DNA from: an uncultured Pelagibacteraceae bacterium
Lineage (GTDB): Bacteria > Pseudomonadota > Alphaproteobacteria > Pelagibacterales > Pelagibacteraceae
Length of the DNA: 59,983 nt
Assembly (NCBI GenBank): GCA_902542795.1
Contig: CACBVP010000001.1
Span: forward strand, 1-59,983
Direction of reading: 5' to 3'
Shown: positions 42,660 through 52,320 of the stretch, in pieces
How the letters are laid out: the number at the start of each line of letters is the position of its first letter
How positions within the stretch are numbered: position 1 is the stretch's first letter
Position numbers and translations under genes: made by a program
The notes under the pieces: generated by a model
What the model was told of the DNA's origin: nothing
What the model saw: the letters and a program-made list of their open reading frames with translations, nothing else
Databases searched by the model: none

Positions 42660-43537
42660 TCATTCACCTTTGTAAAAAGAAAGTTTCTAAATGCTACTAA
42701 TCTTGCGTTGTTTTTTAATGAGGAAGGATAAACAAAATGAGTTTCGGTTGGCTTACCTGGCTCATCCGGTAAAACTTTTGTTATGTTGCTTACTCCATGC
42801 GCTATGTAATCTGGTAGAGCTGCTAGACCAACTCCACTTTGAACTGCTAATAATAATCCATAAACACTATTTACTTTCATCATAGATTTTCTTTTTTTCC
42901 CTTCTTTAGTTCCAATTTTTAATACCCAGTCAGGATTATAAACTGGTGACGGAGCTCCCCTTCCATAAGTAATAAATTTGTGTTTGTCTAAATCTTTCAA
43001 GGTTTTTGGATAACCATTTTTTTCTAAATAATCATTAGAACCATAAATATGATAATTAAAATCTACAAATTTTTTCTGAATTAAGTTTAATTGTTTAGGT
43101 CTTCTCATTCGGATTGCAACATCTGCTTGACGAGTACTTAAATCAAGTTCTTTATCGTCAAAAATTAATTCTATTTCAATTTCAGGATGAAGATCCATAA
43201 ATTCTTTTATTCGAGGTGTAAGCCAAGTAGTACCAAAACTTACCACTGTTGTTACAATAAGTTTTCCGTTTAATTTATCTTTATGCCCGCTTAAATTAGT
43301 TTCAACATCTTTTAATTTGCTAATAATTTCATGAGCAGATTTAAATAAGTAATCACCGTTTTCTGTTAGCACCAATCCTCTTGCGTGCCTTTCAAATAAT
43401 TGAACTTTTAAATCACTCTCTAATGCTTGAATTTGGCGACTAATAGCAGATTGGCTTAAGTTTAAAATTGTGGAAGCTTTCGTAAAGCTAGATGCTTCAG
43501 CAACAGTATGAAAAATTTTTAATTTATCCCAATCCAT
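42647..43537 (-). CDS. LysR family regulator, LsrB/VtlR-like
   Basis: MDWDKLKIFH..AEA.SFT, QSAISRQ, LFERHARGL, LIQ, GVGLAALPDY, AFRNFLF.K...W resemble rhizobial LsrB/Brucella VtlR as recalled. Confidence 0.85.
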   Translation of the reverse strand: MDWDKLKIFHTVAEASSFTKASTILNLSQSAISRQIQALESDLKVQLFERHARGLVLTENGDYLFKSAHEIISKLKDVETNLSGHKDKLNGKLIVTTVVSFGTTWLTPRIKEFMDLHPEIEIELIFDDKELDLSTRQADVAIRMRRPKQLNLIQKKFVDFNYHIYGSNDYLEKNGYPKTLKDLDKHKFITYGRGAPSPVYNPDWVLKIGTKEGKKRKSMMKVNSVYGLLLAVQSGVGLAALPDYIAHGVSNITKVLPDEPGKPTETHFVYPSSLKNNARLVAFRNFLFTKVNEWKF

Positions 43538-43553
43538 TAAACGTAATTATAAT

Positions 43554-44555
43554 TTATTTATTAGGATTTACTATCGCTCTTCCAAAAAATTCACCTTTTA
43601 ATAGTTTTGGATAAGTATCTAGAAGCTCAGTAAATGAAAGCTCTTTTGTAAAAGATTGTACTTTTGAAAAATCAATAAGTTTTGCAGCTTCCCCCCAAAC
43701 AAATTCTCTTCTTTTAATTGATGATCCAGACGAATCGATACCCCAAAGTTTAACTCCTCTAATAATAAACGGCATTACATTGGTATTAATTTTTATCCCA
43801 CCCGCATTTCCACAAGCAGCAACTATTCCTCCTGGTTTTGTTTGTGCAAAAATTTTTGTTAATGCTGAACCACCTACAGTGTCGACAACTCCATCCCAAA
43901 CACCCTTTTCAAGTAATTTACTTTCCCCGTCAAACTCTTTTCTATCGATTATATTTTTTGCTCCGAGATCTTTTAGATAATCGTTCTTATCTTTTTTTCC
44001 TGTTACAGCATGAACATCATATCCCATTTTTGATAAAATCATTACAGCAATACTTCCTACGCCGCCAGTTGCTCCAGTAACTAAAACATCTTTTACTTTT
44101 TCACCCAGTAATAATTCTTCTTTAGCTTTAACTGCAAATGAACAAAGTAGAGCTGTGAAACCCGCTGTACCTAACATCATAGCTTTTTTACTATCTAGAT
44201 CTTTAGGTATCTTAATTAAAAATTTTGAATCTACTTTAGCGTATTGTGAAAAACCTCCAAAGTAAGCTTCACCAACTCTAAAACCAGTTAAGATTACTTT
44301 ATCATCTTTTTGAAACTTGCTATCTCCACTTTCAACTACGGAGCCTGTAAAATCAATTCCTGGAACAAATGGAAATTTCCTTACAATTTTTCCACCATCA
44401 TTTAAGATTAAAGCATCTTTGTAATTTAAACTTGAATAATCAACTTTAACTAAAACATTTCCATCTTTTAAATGACTAGTGTCAATTTCTTTAATGCCTC
44501 TTGTAAATTTTTCGTTTTGATTATCTATTACTAAGGCTTTAAATTTATTTGCCAT
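43554..44555 (-). CDS. acuI: Acryloyl-CoA reductase AcuI/YhdH family
   Basis: YSSLNYKDAL, VPGID, GTAGFTA, VTGATGGVGS, PFIIRGVKLWGIDS. Confidence 0.88.
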   Translation of the reverse strand: MANKFKALVIDNQNEKFTRGIKEIDTSHLKDGNVLVKVDYSSLNYKDALILNDGGKIVRKFPFVPGIDFTGSVVESGDSKFQKDDKVILTGFRVGEAYFGGFSQYAKVDSKFLIKIPKDLDSKKAMMLGTAGFTALLCSFAVKAKEELLLGEKVKDVLVTGATGGVGSIAVMILSKMGYDVHAVTGKKDKNDYLKDLGAKNIIDRKEFDGESKLLEKGVWDGVVDTVGGSALTKIFAQTKPGGIVAACGNAGGIKINTNVMPFIIRGVKLWGIDSSGSSIKRREFVWGEAAKLIDFSKVQSFTKELSFTELLDTYPKLLKGEFFGRAIVNPNK

Positions 44556-45164
44556 TTATTTAGCTATATATTTAAGATATCTATTTTGAATGCTAAGATC
44601 TTCCTTAAAAGATCCCAAAAAATAATTTGTAACTGTTGTTGCTCTCTCTTTTTTAATACCTCTCATAGTCATACATTGATGCGCAGCATCAATAGTAACA
44701 GCAACACCTTTAGCATCTAAAGCTTTCATAAGTGTTGATGCGATTTGCATTGTTAATCTTTCTTGAGTTTGTAATCTTTTTGAAAAAATTTCTACTGTTC
44801 TTGCTAATTTACTGAGTCCAACAACTTTTTTATTAGGAATATAAGCTACATGTGCCACCCCAATTATTGGAGCCATATGATGTTCACAATGGCTTTCTAA
44901 AGTAATGTTCTTTTCTACGACCATATCATCATAACCTTCTACGTCACCGAAAGTTTTGGTAAGGTCTTGCTCGGCATTTTGATGGTAGCCTTTAAAATAT
45001 TCTTTAAATGCTTTAACTACTCTTTTAGGAGTTTCTAATAATCCTTCTCGACTTGGATCTTCACCTATCCACTTTAAAATCGTTTCAAAAGCTTCCTCTG
45101 CCTGCTTATCAGTAACTTCAGGTTTTTTTATAAGATCTTTTTCAGTATCTTTAACTAATTTCAT
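44556..45164 (-). CDS. folE: GTP cyclohydrolase I
   Basis: REGLLETPKRV, SHCEHH, GLSKLAR, QERLT, HQCMTMRG. Confidence 0.97.
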   Translation of the reverse strand: MKLVKDTEKDLIKKPEVTDKQAEEAFETILKWIGEDPSREGLLETPKRVVKAFKEYFKGYHQNAEQDLTKTFGDVEGYDDMVVEKNITLESHCEHHMAPIIGVAHVAYIPNKKVVGLSKLARTVEIFSKRLQTQERLTMQIASTLMKALDAKGVAVTIDAAHQCMTMRGIKKERATTVTNYFLGSFKEDLSIQNRYLKYIAK

Positions 45165-45238
45165 AATTTAGTGTTTTTATAGGACATATTTAGCTAATGC
45201 AAATTGCTATTTTGTCGTTTTTTCACTATTTTACGCTC

Positions 45239-45706
45239 ATGTTTAAAAAGAGAGAAAACGTTTTTGAGGTGGAAGAAGGAAAATTTCTTTCCCCGAAGTT
45301 TGATGCTGAAGGTTTAATTCCTGTAACTACTACAGATAGTTCAACTGGCGAACTTTTAATGCATGGTTATATGAACCAAGAGGCTCTAAAAAAGACCATA
45401 GAAACAAAAGAAGCTCACTATTGGAGTAGATCAAGAAAAGCTTTATGGCAAAAAGGTAAAACCAGTGGGTTTGTTCAGAAGGTAATTGAATTAAGAATTG
45501 ATGATGATCAGGATGCTCTTTGGATGTCAGTAGATATAGGAAATGGAGCAAGTTGCCATGTGGGATATAAATCGTGTTTTTACAGATCCATACCTTTAGG
45601 GAAAATTGAAAAAACTGATGAAATTAAATTAGAATTTAAAGAAAAAGAAAAAAAATTTGATCCTGAAAAAGTTTATAAAGGACAACCAAATCCAACGAAA
45701 TTATAA
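45239..45706 (+). CDS. hisI: Phosphoribosyl-AMP cyclohydrolase (start likely 45239)
   Basis: [31 protein letters not shown]. Confidence 0.95.
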   Translation: MFKKRENVFEVEEGKFLSPKFDAEGLIPVTTTDSSTGELLMHGYMNQEALKKTIETKEAHYWSRSRKALWQKGKTSGFVQKVIELRIDDDQDALWMSVDIGNGASCHVGYKSCFYRSIPLGKIEKTDEIKLEFKEKEKKFDPEKVYKGQPNPTKL

Positions 45707-46314
45707 TGAAAATTTTAAGCCCTTTTGGTCCTAAAATAGCAAAACTGAAGCTACCTCAATTTTTAATAAAGAAAATAAATGGAGAGGTCGATAAAATATT
45801 AACTAAAAAAAAGTTAATTAAAAAATTAGATTATTCAAAAAAACTTGTAGGACAAGTAAAACAAGAATTTCAGCTGCCTAAAGCTTTTGTTAAAAAAAAT
45901 TTAGAGAAAGTTATTACTAAAGAAGTAAAAAATTATATTAAAAAAACTACTGGTAAAAATACATCAAAAGTTAATATAAAAAATTTTTGGGTAGTTAGAC
46001 AATTCAATAACGAATACAATCCGATACATTTTCATGATGGCCATATCTCAGGTGTTGGTTATTTGAAGATCCCTCCATTTAGATCTTCATCTAAAAAATT
46101 AGTCAAAACAGACGGCTCAATTGATTTTATAAGTGGTAATAAAATGCTTTTAAGCGAAAGTATACATAATCACCAACCTAAGACTGGTGATGTTATATTA
46201 TTTCCACATTATTTAATGCACACTGCATACCCATTTAAATCTAACGGTGAGAGAAGATCGTTTTCTTTTAATTTAGAAATCGATCAAAAGATTGCCAATG
46301 TGTTTACGAGATGA
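45706..46314 (+). CDS. Putative 2OG-Fe(II) oxygenase (TIGR02466-like)
   Basis: YNPIHFH, ISGVGYL, LFPHYLMH, RRSFSFN. Confidence 0.78.
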   Translation: MKILSPFGPKIAKLKLPQFLIKKINGEVDKILTKKKLIKKLDYSKKLVGQVKQEFQLPKAFVKKNLEKVITKEVKNYIKKTTGKNTSKVNIKNFWVVRQFNNEYNPIHFHDGHISGVGYLKIPPFRSSSKKLVKTDGSIDFISGNKMLLSESIHNHQPKTGDVILFPHYLMHTAYPFKSNGERRSFSFNLEIDQKIANVFTR

Positions 46315-46688
46315 GTAGTGAAGTTCAAAAAAATGTTTTTGGAGAGCCCCTTGAGCCTTGCTCTAATGATCCGGTGACTGGTTGGTTTAGAGATGGTTGT
46401 TGTAACACTGATAAAAATGATAGAGGTGTTCATACTGTCTGCGCTAAAGTAACAGATAAATTTTTATTGTGGTCCAAAAAAGTAGGAAATGATTTAATCA
46501 CACCTCATCCAGAGTTTGGATTTCCTGGATTAAAAGATGGTGACTGCTGGTGTGTTTGTGCGACTTGGTTTGCGAGATCTATTGAGGAAGATGCAGCGTG
46601 CTCAATTTATTTAAAAAAAACAAATATAAAAACTTTAGAGTTAATTCCTATTGAAAAATTAAAAAAATTTGCAGTTGATTTATCTTAG
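46311..46688 (+). CDS. DUF2237 family protein
   Basis: NVFGEPLEPC..DPVTGWFRDGCC, GNDLITP, GDCWCVCA. Confidence 0.88.
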   Translation: MSSEVQKNVFGEPLEPCSNDPVTGWFRDGCCNTDKNDRGVHTVCAKVTDKFLLWSKKVGNDLITPHPEFGFPGLKDGDCWCVCATWFARSIEEDAACSIYLKKTNIKTLELIPIEKLKKFAVDLS

Positions 46689-47179
46689 TAAACTTTAGAG
46701 CCTCTTGTCTTAATAATTAACTCTAATTCACCATATTCTTCACAATTACAGTTTTTAAGAACTTCAAGTCTTTCTTTGGCTTTATCTATTCTATCTGTTT
46801 GAACATAAAGCTCGCCTAAATATTCATTTATACCATTGTGTTTTGGATCTATCGCTAAACCTCTTAAATAATAATCTTCGGCTTCAGAGAAATTACCAAT
46901 CTTTCTAGAGGTAAAACCCATGTAATTAAGTATGTCAGGATTTTTCCTGTCTTTCTTTAAAGCTTCACTCAATTTTTTAAATGCTTGAGAATATAGTTTT
47001 TCGGCTTTTTCTTTATTATCTTTTTTTTCTAATTTGCCCGCTCGCTTAATTAAGCTCACAGAGGATTTATATAAACTTTCAGAGTTATTACTATCTCCTC
47101 CCCCGCTGCTATCACTTCCTGCAGCAAAAGCAGACCCAAACGATAAAACCAATAATACTAATACTGTTCTAAAAATCAT
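46685..47179 (-). CDS. Exported TPR protein
   Basis: Signal peptide; NYMGFTSRK, EYLGELY TPR helices. Confidence 0.8.
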   Translation of the reverse strand: MIFRTVLVLLVLSFGSAFAAGSDSSGGGDSNNSESLYKSSVSLIKRAGKLEKKDNKEKAEKLYSQAFKKLSEALKKDRKNPDILNYMGFTSRKIGNFSEAEDYYLRGLAIDPKHNGINEYLGELYVQTDRIDKAKERLEVLKNCNCEEYGELELIIKTRGSKVY

Positions 47180-47210
47180 AAGTGTTATTTAATACTTTTT
47201 AAGATTATTG

Positions 47211-47921
47211 TTATGCGACAGATGATCTGCCTCCATCCACACCAAATACTTGTCCAGTAATCCATGAACTTTCGTTACTTAAAAGAAATCTCGCTAATGA
47301 AGATGAATCTGCTCCTTCACCTAACCTTTTCAGAGGATGCATTTTCGCAATTCCCTCAGCAATTTTTTCATTCTTTAATAAATTACTAGACATTTTTGAA
47401 TTTGTTAAACTTGGTGCGATACAATTAACTCTAATATTTGGTGCAAACTCAGCTGCTAAAGCAATTGTTAAACCTTCAATCGCTCCCTTAGCAGATGAAA
47501 CGATGGCGTGATTTGGAAAGCCCTGTTTTACAGCTACAGTAGAAAATAGAACAACTGATCCTTTGTTCTGCTTTAAATTATCTCCGAATGTTTTAATTAC
47601 TTCAGCTGCAGAAACTAAATTTAAATTAAACGCTTTTAAAAAATCACTTTTTTTAGTTAGCTTTAAAGGTTTAAGGTCGATTGAACCTATACAATAAGCT
47701 AATCCATTAATAGGTTCTTCACCAATATCACTTAGAATTTTTTCCGAAAAATTTTCCTCTAAAACATCGCAAACTGTAAAAGATGCGCCTAAATCACCTG
47801 CTAAAGATGAGATGCTACTCTCGTCTCTTCCAACTAAGTGTATTTCATCCCCTGCATCTACTAATTTTTTAGCTAATGATGAACCAATTGAACCTGAGGC
47901 GCCTAAAATAATTTTTTTCAT
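47211..47921 (-). CDS. Short-chain dehydrogenase (possibly FolM/pteridine reductase-like)
   Basis: GASGSIG, VNCIAPS, GQVFGVDGG; the catalytic YxxxK appears as VSSAK. Confidence 0.8.
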   Translation of the reverse strand: MKKIILGASGSIGSSLAKKLVDAGDEIHLVGRDESSISSLAGDLGASFTVCDVLEENFSEKILSDIGEEPINGLAYCIGSIDLKPLKLTKKSDFLKAFNLNLVSAAEVIKTFGDNLKQNKGSVVLFSTVAVKQGFPNHAIVSSAKGAIEGLTIALAAEFAPNIRVNCIAPSLTNSKMSSNLLKNEKIAEGIAKMHPLKRLGEGADSSSLARFLLSNESSWITGQVFGVDGGRSSVA

Positions 47922-48005
47922 AACTAAAGTTACCATTATTATGAGCTAAATAAACGCAAATAATGACGCGTGTAATACTTTAATAAAAAGTGTAATTTAA
48001 GAAAG

Positions 48006-49484
48006 ATGAAGCTTTTTATAGTATTAGGAAATCAATTATTTTCACCAAAATATTTTGCTGATTATAAAGATCACACTTTTTTTATGGCAGAGGATTACGG
48101 TCTTTGTACCTTTGAAAAACATCATAAGCATAAAATAATAATGTTTTTGTCTTCGATGAGGTCTTTCAAAGAAGAAATAAAATCAAAAAATTTTAAAATA
48201 ATATACAAAGATATTAATAATGATTTTAATTTAGCTTATGAAAAAAAGTTAGAGAAAATTATTAAAGAAAAAAAAGTAAAAGAATTAAGTTTTTATGAAA
48301 TTGAGGATAAATTCTTTGAAAAAAAAATACTTAATTTAGCTAAAAAAAATTCTCTTAAAATTAATGAAATAAAATCTCCAATGTTTTTAATAGATAGGAC
48401 AGAATTTAAAAGCTATCTCGCCAAAAATAAAAGGCCTTTTATGGCAAACTTTTACAAAATAGTAAGAACAAAAATGAATTTATTAATGAATAAAAATGGA
48501 ACTCCAAAAGGAAGTAAATGGAGTTTTGATGAAGACAATAGAAAAAAACTTCCTAAAGATATTAAAATACCGGAAATTTCAAAAATAAAAGAAACAAAAG
48601 AAACAATTAATCTTAAAAAAATAATAGATTCTAAATTCAAAAATCACCCTGGTGAAATTGATAATTTTTGGTTCCCTACTACTCGCAAAGATGCAAATAA
48701 ATGGTTAGATGAATTTCTAAAAGAAAGAATAAAATTATTTGGAGATTATGAAGATGCTGTTACTGATAAATCTAACACCGTATTTCATAGTGCTCTTAGT
48801 CCGCTTATAAACTTAGGTTTAATTACACCAGAAGAAATTATTGAAAAATTAAAAAAAATTGAAAGTAAAGTGCCTTTGAATTCATTGGAGGGTTACATAA
48901 GACAAATAATTGGTTGGAGAGAATTCATGAGAGGAATTTATCAAAATTATGATGAAAGGTTAGAAAACACAAATTTTTTTAATCATAAAAGAAAAATGAA
49001 AACATCCTGGTACAATGGATCTACCGGATTAGATCCGCTTGATCATGCAATTAATAATGCAAGTAAATATGGTTGGTCTCACCATATTGAAAGATTAATG
49101 ATACTCGCAAATATTATGAACCTTTGTGAAATAAATCCAAAACAAGTTTATAAATGGTTTATGGAAATGTTTGTTGACTCTTCAGACTGGGTTATGTCTC
49201 CTAATGTTTATGGAATGGGATTATTTAGTGATGGAGGAATTTTTGCAACCAAACCTTATATTTGTGGTTCAAGTTATTTTTTAAAAATGATGCATTTTAA
49301 AAAAGGTCCTTGGTGCGATATTATGGACGGACTTTACTGGAGGTTCATTGATAGGCATAAAAAATTTTTTTTAAAAAATCCTCGTTTAGCAATGATGGTA
49401 AGAGTATCTGAAAAAATGAATAAAGAAAGAAAGATCAAAATTTTTAAAGCCGCAAATAATTTTATTAAGGAAAATACTAATTAA
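48006..49484 (+). CDS. Bacterial (6-4) photolyase (PhrB/CryB family) lacking the Fe-S cysteines
   Basis: LGNQL, WSFDEDNRK, FGDYEDA, RQIIGWREF, HHIERLM, NVYGM, TKPY. Confidence 0.9.
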   Translation: MKLFIVLGNQLFSPKYFADYKDHTFFMAEDYGLCTFEKHHKHKIIMFLSSMRSFKEEIKSKNFKIIYKDINNDFNLAYEKKLEKIIKEKKVKELSFYEIEDKFFEKKILNLAKKNSLKINEIKSPMFLIDRTEFKSYLAKNKRPFMANFYKIVRTKMNLLMNKNGTPKGSKWSFDEDNRKKLPKDIKIPEISKIKETKETINLKKIIDSKFKNHPGEIDNFWFPTTRKDANKWLDEFLKERIKLFGDYEDAVTDKSNTVFHSALSPLINLGLITPEEIIEKLKKIESKVPLNSLEGYIRQIIGWREFMRGIYQNYDERLENTNFFNHKRKMKTSWYNGSTGLDPLDHAINNASKYGWSHHIERLMILANIMNLCEINPKQVYKWFMEMFVDSSDWVMSPNVYGMGLFSDGGIFATKPYICGSSYFLKMMHFKKGPWCDIMDGLYWRFIDRHKKFFLKNPRLAMMVRVSEKMNKERKIKIFKAANNFIKENTN

Positions 49485-49846
49485 TGACTATAAAAATCCT
49501 TTTTAATAACTCATGTAATATTTGTAGGGCTGAAGTAAACCATTATAAAAAGCATTGTAACGAACAATTAGAGTGGATTGATGTGAGCACAAATATGGAG
49601 GCACAACATATCTCCTCCAAATCTTTTAAAGAGCTTCTTAGAAGAATGCATGTTATCAAAGATGGGAAGTTAATAGAGGGAGCTGAGACTTTCTTAATTA
49701 TTTGGAAAAATATCCCAAAATACAATTTTCTTTATAAAATTTTTAAAATTAAACCCATGTTTTTTTTACTCCAAATTTTTTATGAAATAGCTGCTTTTTT
49801 TTTATTTTTAAAAAATAGACATTTGCTCAAAAATGAAAAAAACTAA
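49484..49846 (+). CDS. DCC1-like thiol-disulfide oxidoreductase (DUF393)
   Basis: [12 protein letters not shown] CxxC; RRMHV...GAETF..IW. Confidence 0.82.
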   Translation: MTIKILFNNSCNICRAEVNHYKKHCNEQLEWIDVSTNMEAQHISSKSFKELLRRMHVIKDGKLIEGAETFLIIWKNIPKYNFLYKIFKIKPMFFLLQIFYEIAAFFLFLKNRHLLKNEKN

Positions 49847-49958
49847 TTTACCCAAAAAAACTTGTCCTGTTTGCAATAAACCTTTTGCCTGGAGAAAAAA
49901 ATGGAGACTAAATTGGGAAAAAGTTAAATATTGCTCAAAAAAATGTGCTGCTAAATAA
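49833..49958 (+). CDS. DUF2256 family small Cys-rich protein (41 aa, absent from ORF track)
   Basis: [41 protein letters not shown]. Confidence 0.88.
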   Translation: MKKTNLPKKTCPVCNKPFAWRKKWRLNWEKVKYCSKKCAAK

Positions 49959-51081
49959 TTTTTTGAATTATTTTCGGAATATTAGATTTAAAATTAAAAT
50001 AGCCTTTATTTGAAAATTGCCAACAAAATTCATCTCCCTCTCTAACTAAAAAATTATATTCTAAATTCTTTTTTTTCTTAATTAATTTCAAAAAAGATAA
50101 ATTCTCTCCAATGGATGGGTAAATAATATCAAAATTTTTAGTTTTTTCAGCTAATTCCTCGAACTGAGTCTCTTCTAAAACTTTTGTATCAGGAAACCTT
50201 TTAGTTTGATCATCAATAATTTTTTTCTTAAAATTTAAAACTTTTTCATCTAATTTAATTTTTCTCTTCTCATTGCTGATAAAAATACAAAAAATATTTT
50301 GATATTTTTTTAATTTTAAAGACTCAATATTTAAATCATTTTCAAAAAATAATAATGTATCACTTCCAATATCTTCCTTGGAGATTTCTGGAGCTTTAAG
50401 TTTATATTCTCTAGTATCTGTTAATGGTAATGCATTTTCATTTAATTCTACTTTTTGATATTTGTTATTTGTAAATTTTGAAATATTCCAAGCTTGTGCA
50501 ACATAATGTTTACCTTTGGTTTGAAGACCAGCTACCCACCTCCAGCTTAAAGTATTAGATGCTGCATCTCCATCAAGTAAATGTTTCATAAAAAACTCAG
50601 CTCCCTTTTGCCAAGGTAATTTTAAAGTAAAAATCCAAATACTAGCAAACCACATCCTTGTGTGATTATGTAAATAATTATTTTCCTTAAGCTCCCGAAC
50701 CCAGTCATTAAAACATTGAATATCTGTTTGAGCATTTATAGCTTTTTGATAATTTTCATTTTCTTCGATTGTCTTAAGATCCTCTATGAAATCTGACCAC
50801 ACTTTTGGTCTTAATTCTAACCAGCCTTTCCAATAAACTCTCCAAAATATTTCTTGTATATATTTTTCTACTTTTTGGTGAGGATGCTTACTTAAAACTT
50901 TCTTGGTAACTTCATATTCCGTAATTAATCTGTGAGTGATATACGGTGAAAGACATGAAACATTTTCTCTATTTAAAGGTCCAAAATCAAAATTTCTTTT
51001 TGAATTATAGTTTGTAATTTCTTTTTCAACATAATTTTCTAAAACTTCTAAAGCTTCTTTTCTTGATGTTTTAAAATTCAT
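49951..51081 (-). CDS. Short photolyase with N-terminal FAD domain (NewPHL-like)
   Basis: VSCLSPYI near the N-terminus, [42 protein letters not shown]; C-terminal extension. Confidence 0.85.
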   Translation of the reverse strand: MNFKTSRKEALEVLENYVEKEITNYNSKRNFDFGPLNRENVSCLSPYITHRLITEYEVTKKVLSKHPHQKVEKYIQEIFWRVYWKGWLELRPKVWSDFIEDLKTIEENENYQKAINAQTDIQCFNDWVRELKENNYLHNHTRMWFASIWIFTLKLPWQKGAEFFMKHLLDGDAASNTLSWRWVAGLQTKGKHYVAQAWNISKFTNNKYQKVELNENALPLTDTREYKLKAPEISKEDIGSDTLLFFENDLNIESLKLKKYQNIFCIFISNEKRKIKLDEKVLNFKKKIIDDQTKRFPDTKVLEETQFEELAEKTKNFDIIYPSIGENLSFLKLIKKKKNLEYNFLVREGDEFCWQFSNKGYFNFKSNIPKIIQKII

Positions 51082-51281
51082 TCTTCATCCTCATCTCTCC
51101 ATCCATCCATAAACATTTTCCAACAAGCATAAGTAACGCAAGGAATACCAACACAAAATCCTAATAAAATTCCATTTTTTGAGCCTAAATATATTGAACC
51201 TATATGGGTAGTTCCAATCGGAATAACTGTGAGTATCAATAAAATTATTAAAAGTCTAAATGGATAGGAAGGTCTTTTCAT
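51078..51281 (-). CDS. Small hypothetical membrane protein
   Basis: 67 aa, two hydrophobic segments; translationally coupled on both sides. Confidence 0.65.
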   Translation of the reverse strand: MKRPSYPFRLLIILLILTVIPIGTTHIGSIYLGSKNGILLGFCVGIPCVTYACWKMFMDGWRDEDEE

Positions 51282-51736
51282 TAAATTGTATTGCCCTGAT
51301 CAATAGGCATTGAAACTGCGGATGTAAACCAGCAATCCTTACAATTATTTTCTGATGCTTTCTCTACGTGCCATTCATAAAATAAAAGCTGTTTATCTTT
51401 AGCTAAAATTTTTATCTTAAAAATATATTTATTTGGTGAATTCATTAATAATTCTATTTTATGAGAAGTGTGATTTAATAAAGTTCTATATTGATCTCCA
51501 TAAATCATAATCCTAAATCTTGCGTAAGGACCTGTACTTTTTTTATTTTCAGGATGAGCAAATACCCATGTTTGCTTAATACCGTCATCATTTTCATTAT
51601 TGTTTTTTAGGGCTTCTAACTGAATCTTGACTACATCATAAGGTAATAATTTTTCATTTGGATTTACAATTTCTGCACTAAGACTCTTTGTAAAAAAAAT
51701 AAAAAATAAAGTTATTAATACTTTTTTTAATTCCAT
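51281..51736 (-). CDS. Exported DUF4864-like protein
   Basis: Signal peptide; PYDVVKIQLEALKNN..DDGI...FAHP.N...TGP..RF..MI; CW.T.AV. Confidence 0.65.
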   Translation of the reverse strand: MELKKVLITLFFIFFTKSLSAEIVNPNEKLLPYDVVKIQLEALKNNNENDDGIKQTWVFAHPENKKSTGPYARFRIMIYGDQYRTLLNHTSHKIELLMNSPNKYIFKIKILAKDKQLLFYEWHVEKASENNCKDCWFTSAVSMPIDQGNTI

Positions 51737-52296
51737 ATCTTCTTTAATGTTTCTTCTCTTTGACATCCTTTTTTGTACATTAAATATCTAATAAAATTTT
51801 TTTCATAATAATCCTGATGATAATTTTCTGCTTGATAGAATTTTTCAAAATCCCATACCAATGTAACTATTTTCTTATTTAATTTTTTTTGTAAATTCTG
51901 AAAAGATTCATCTATAATTTTTTTTTGCTTATCGTCTTCAAAAAAAATAACTGAACGGTAGCTTTTTCCTTTGTCACAAAATTGACCTTCAGCATCAAAT
52001 GGATCTATGTTTTTCCAATATATTTCTAACAGTTCTTCATAATTGACAATAGAAGAGTCGTAAGTTATTTCCACTGCCTCAACGTGACCTGAGTCAGTGT
52101 AAATTACATCGGCATAAGTAGGATTTTTTAAATGTCCCCCTGAATATCCTGAAACAACAGATTTAACTCCTTCAACTTGATCGAATGACTCTTCCATACA
52201 CCAAAAGCATCCACCAGCAAAATAAGCTTTTTTTTCTTGGGCTTTTAAACTTGAATTAAGAATTATTAATGTGACTAAAAGTAAAAACTTTTTCAT
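51727..52296 (-). CDS. msrA: Peptide methionine sulfoxide reductase A (exported)
   Basis: FAGGCFWC, GYSGG, AENYHQDYY; signal peptide. Confidence 0.96.
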   Translation of the reverse strand: MKKFLLLVTLIILNSSLKAQEKKAYFAGGCFWCMEESFDQVEGVKSVVSGYSGGHLKNPTYADVIYTDSGHVEAVEITYDSSIVNYEELLEIYWKNIDPFDAEGQFCDKGKSYRSVIFFEDDKQKKIIDESFQNLQKKLNKKIVTLVWDFEKFYQAENYHQDYYEKNFIRYLMYKKGCQREETLKKIWN

Positions 52297-52320
52297 AATG
52301 AATATGTTATATTATCCATT

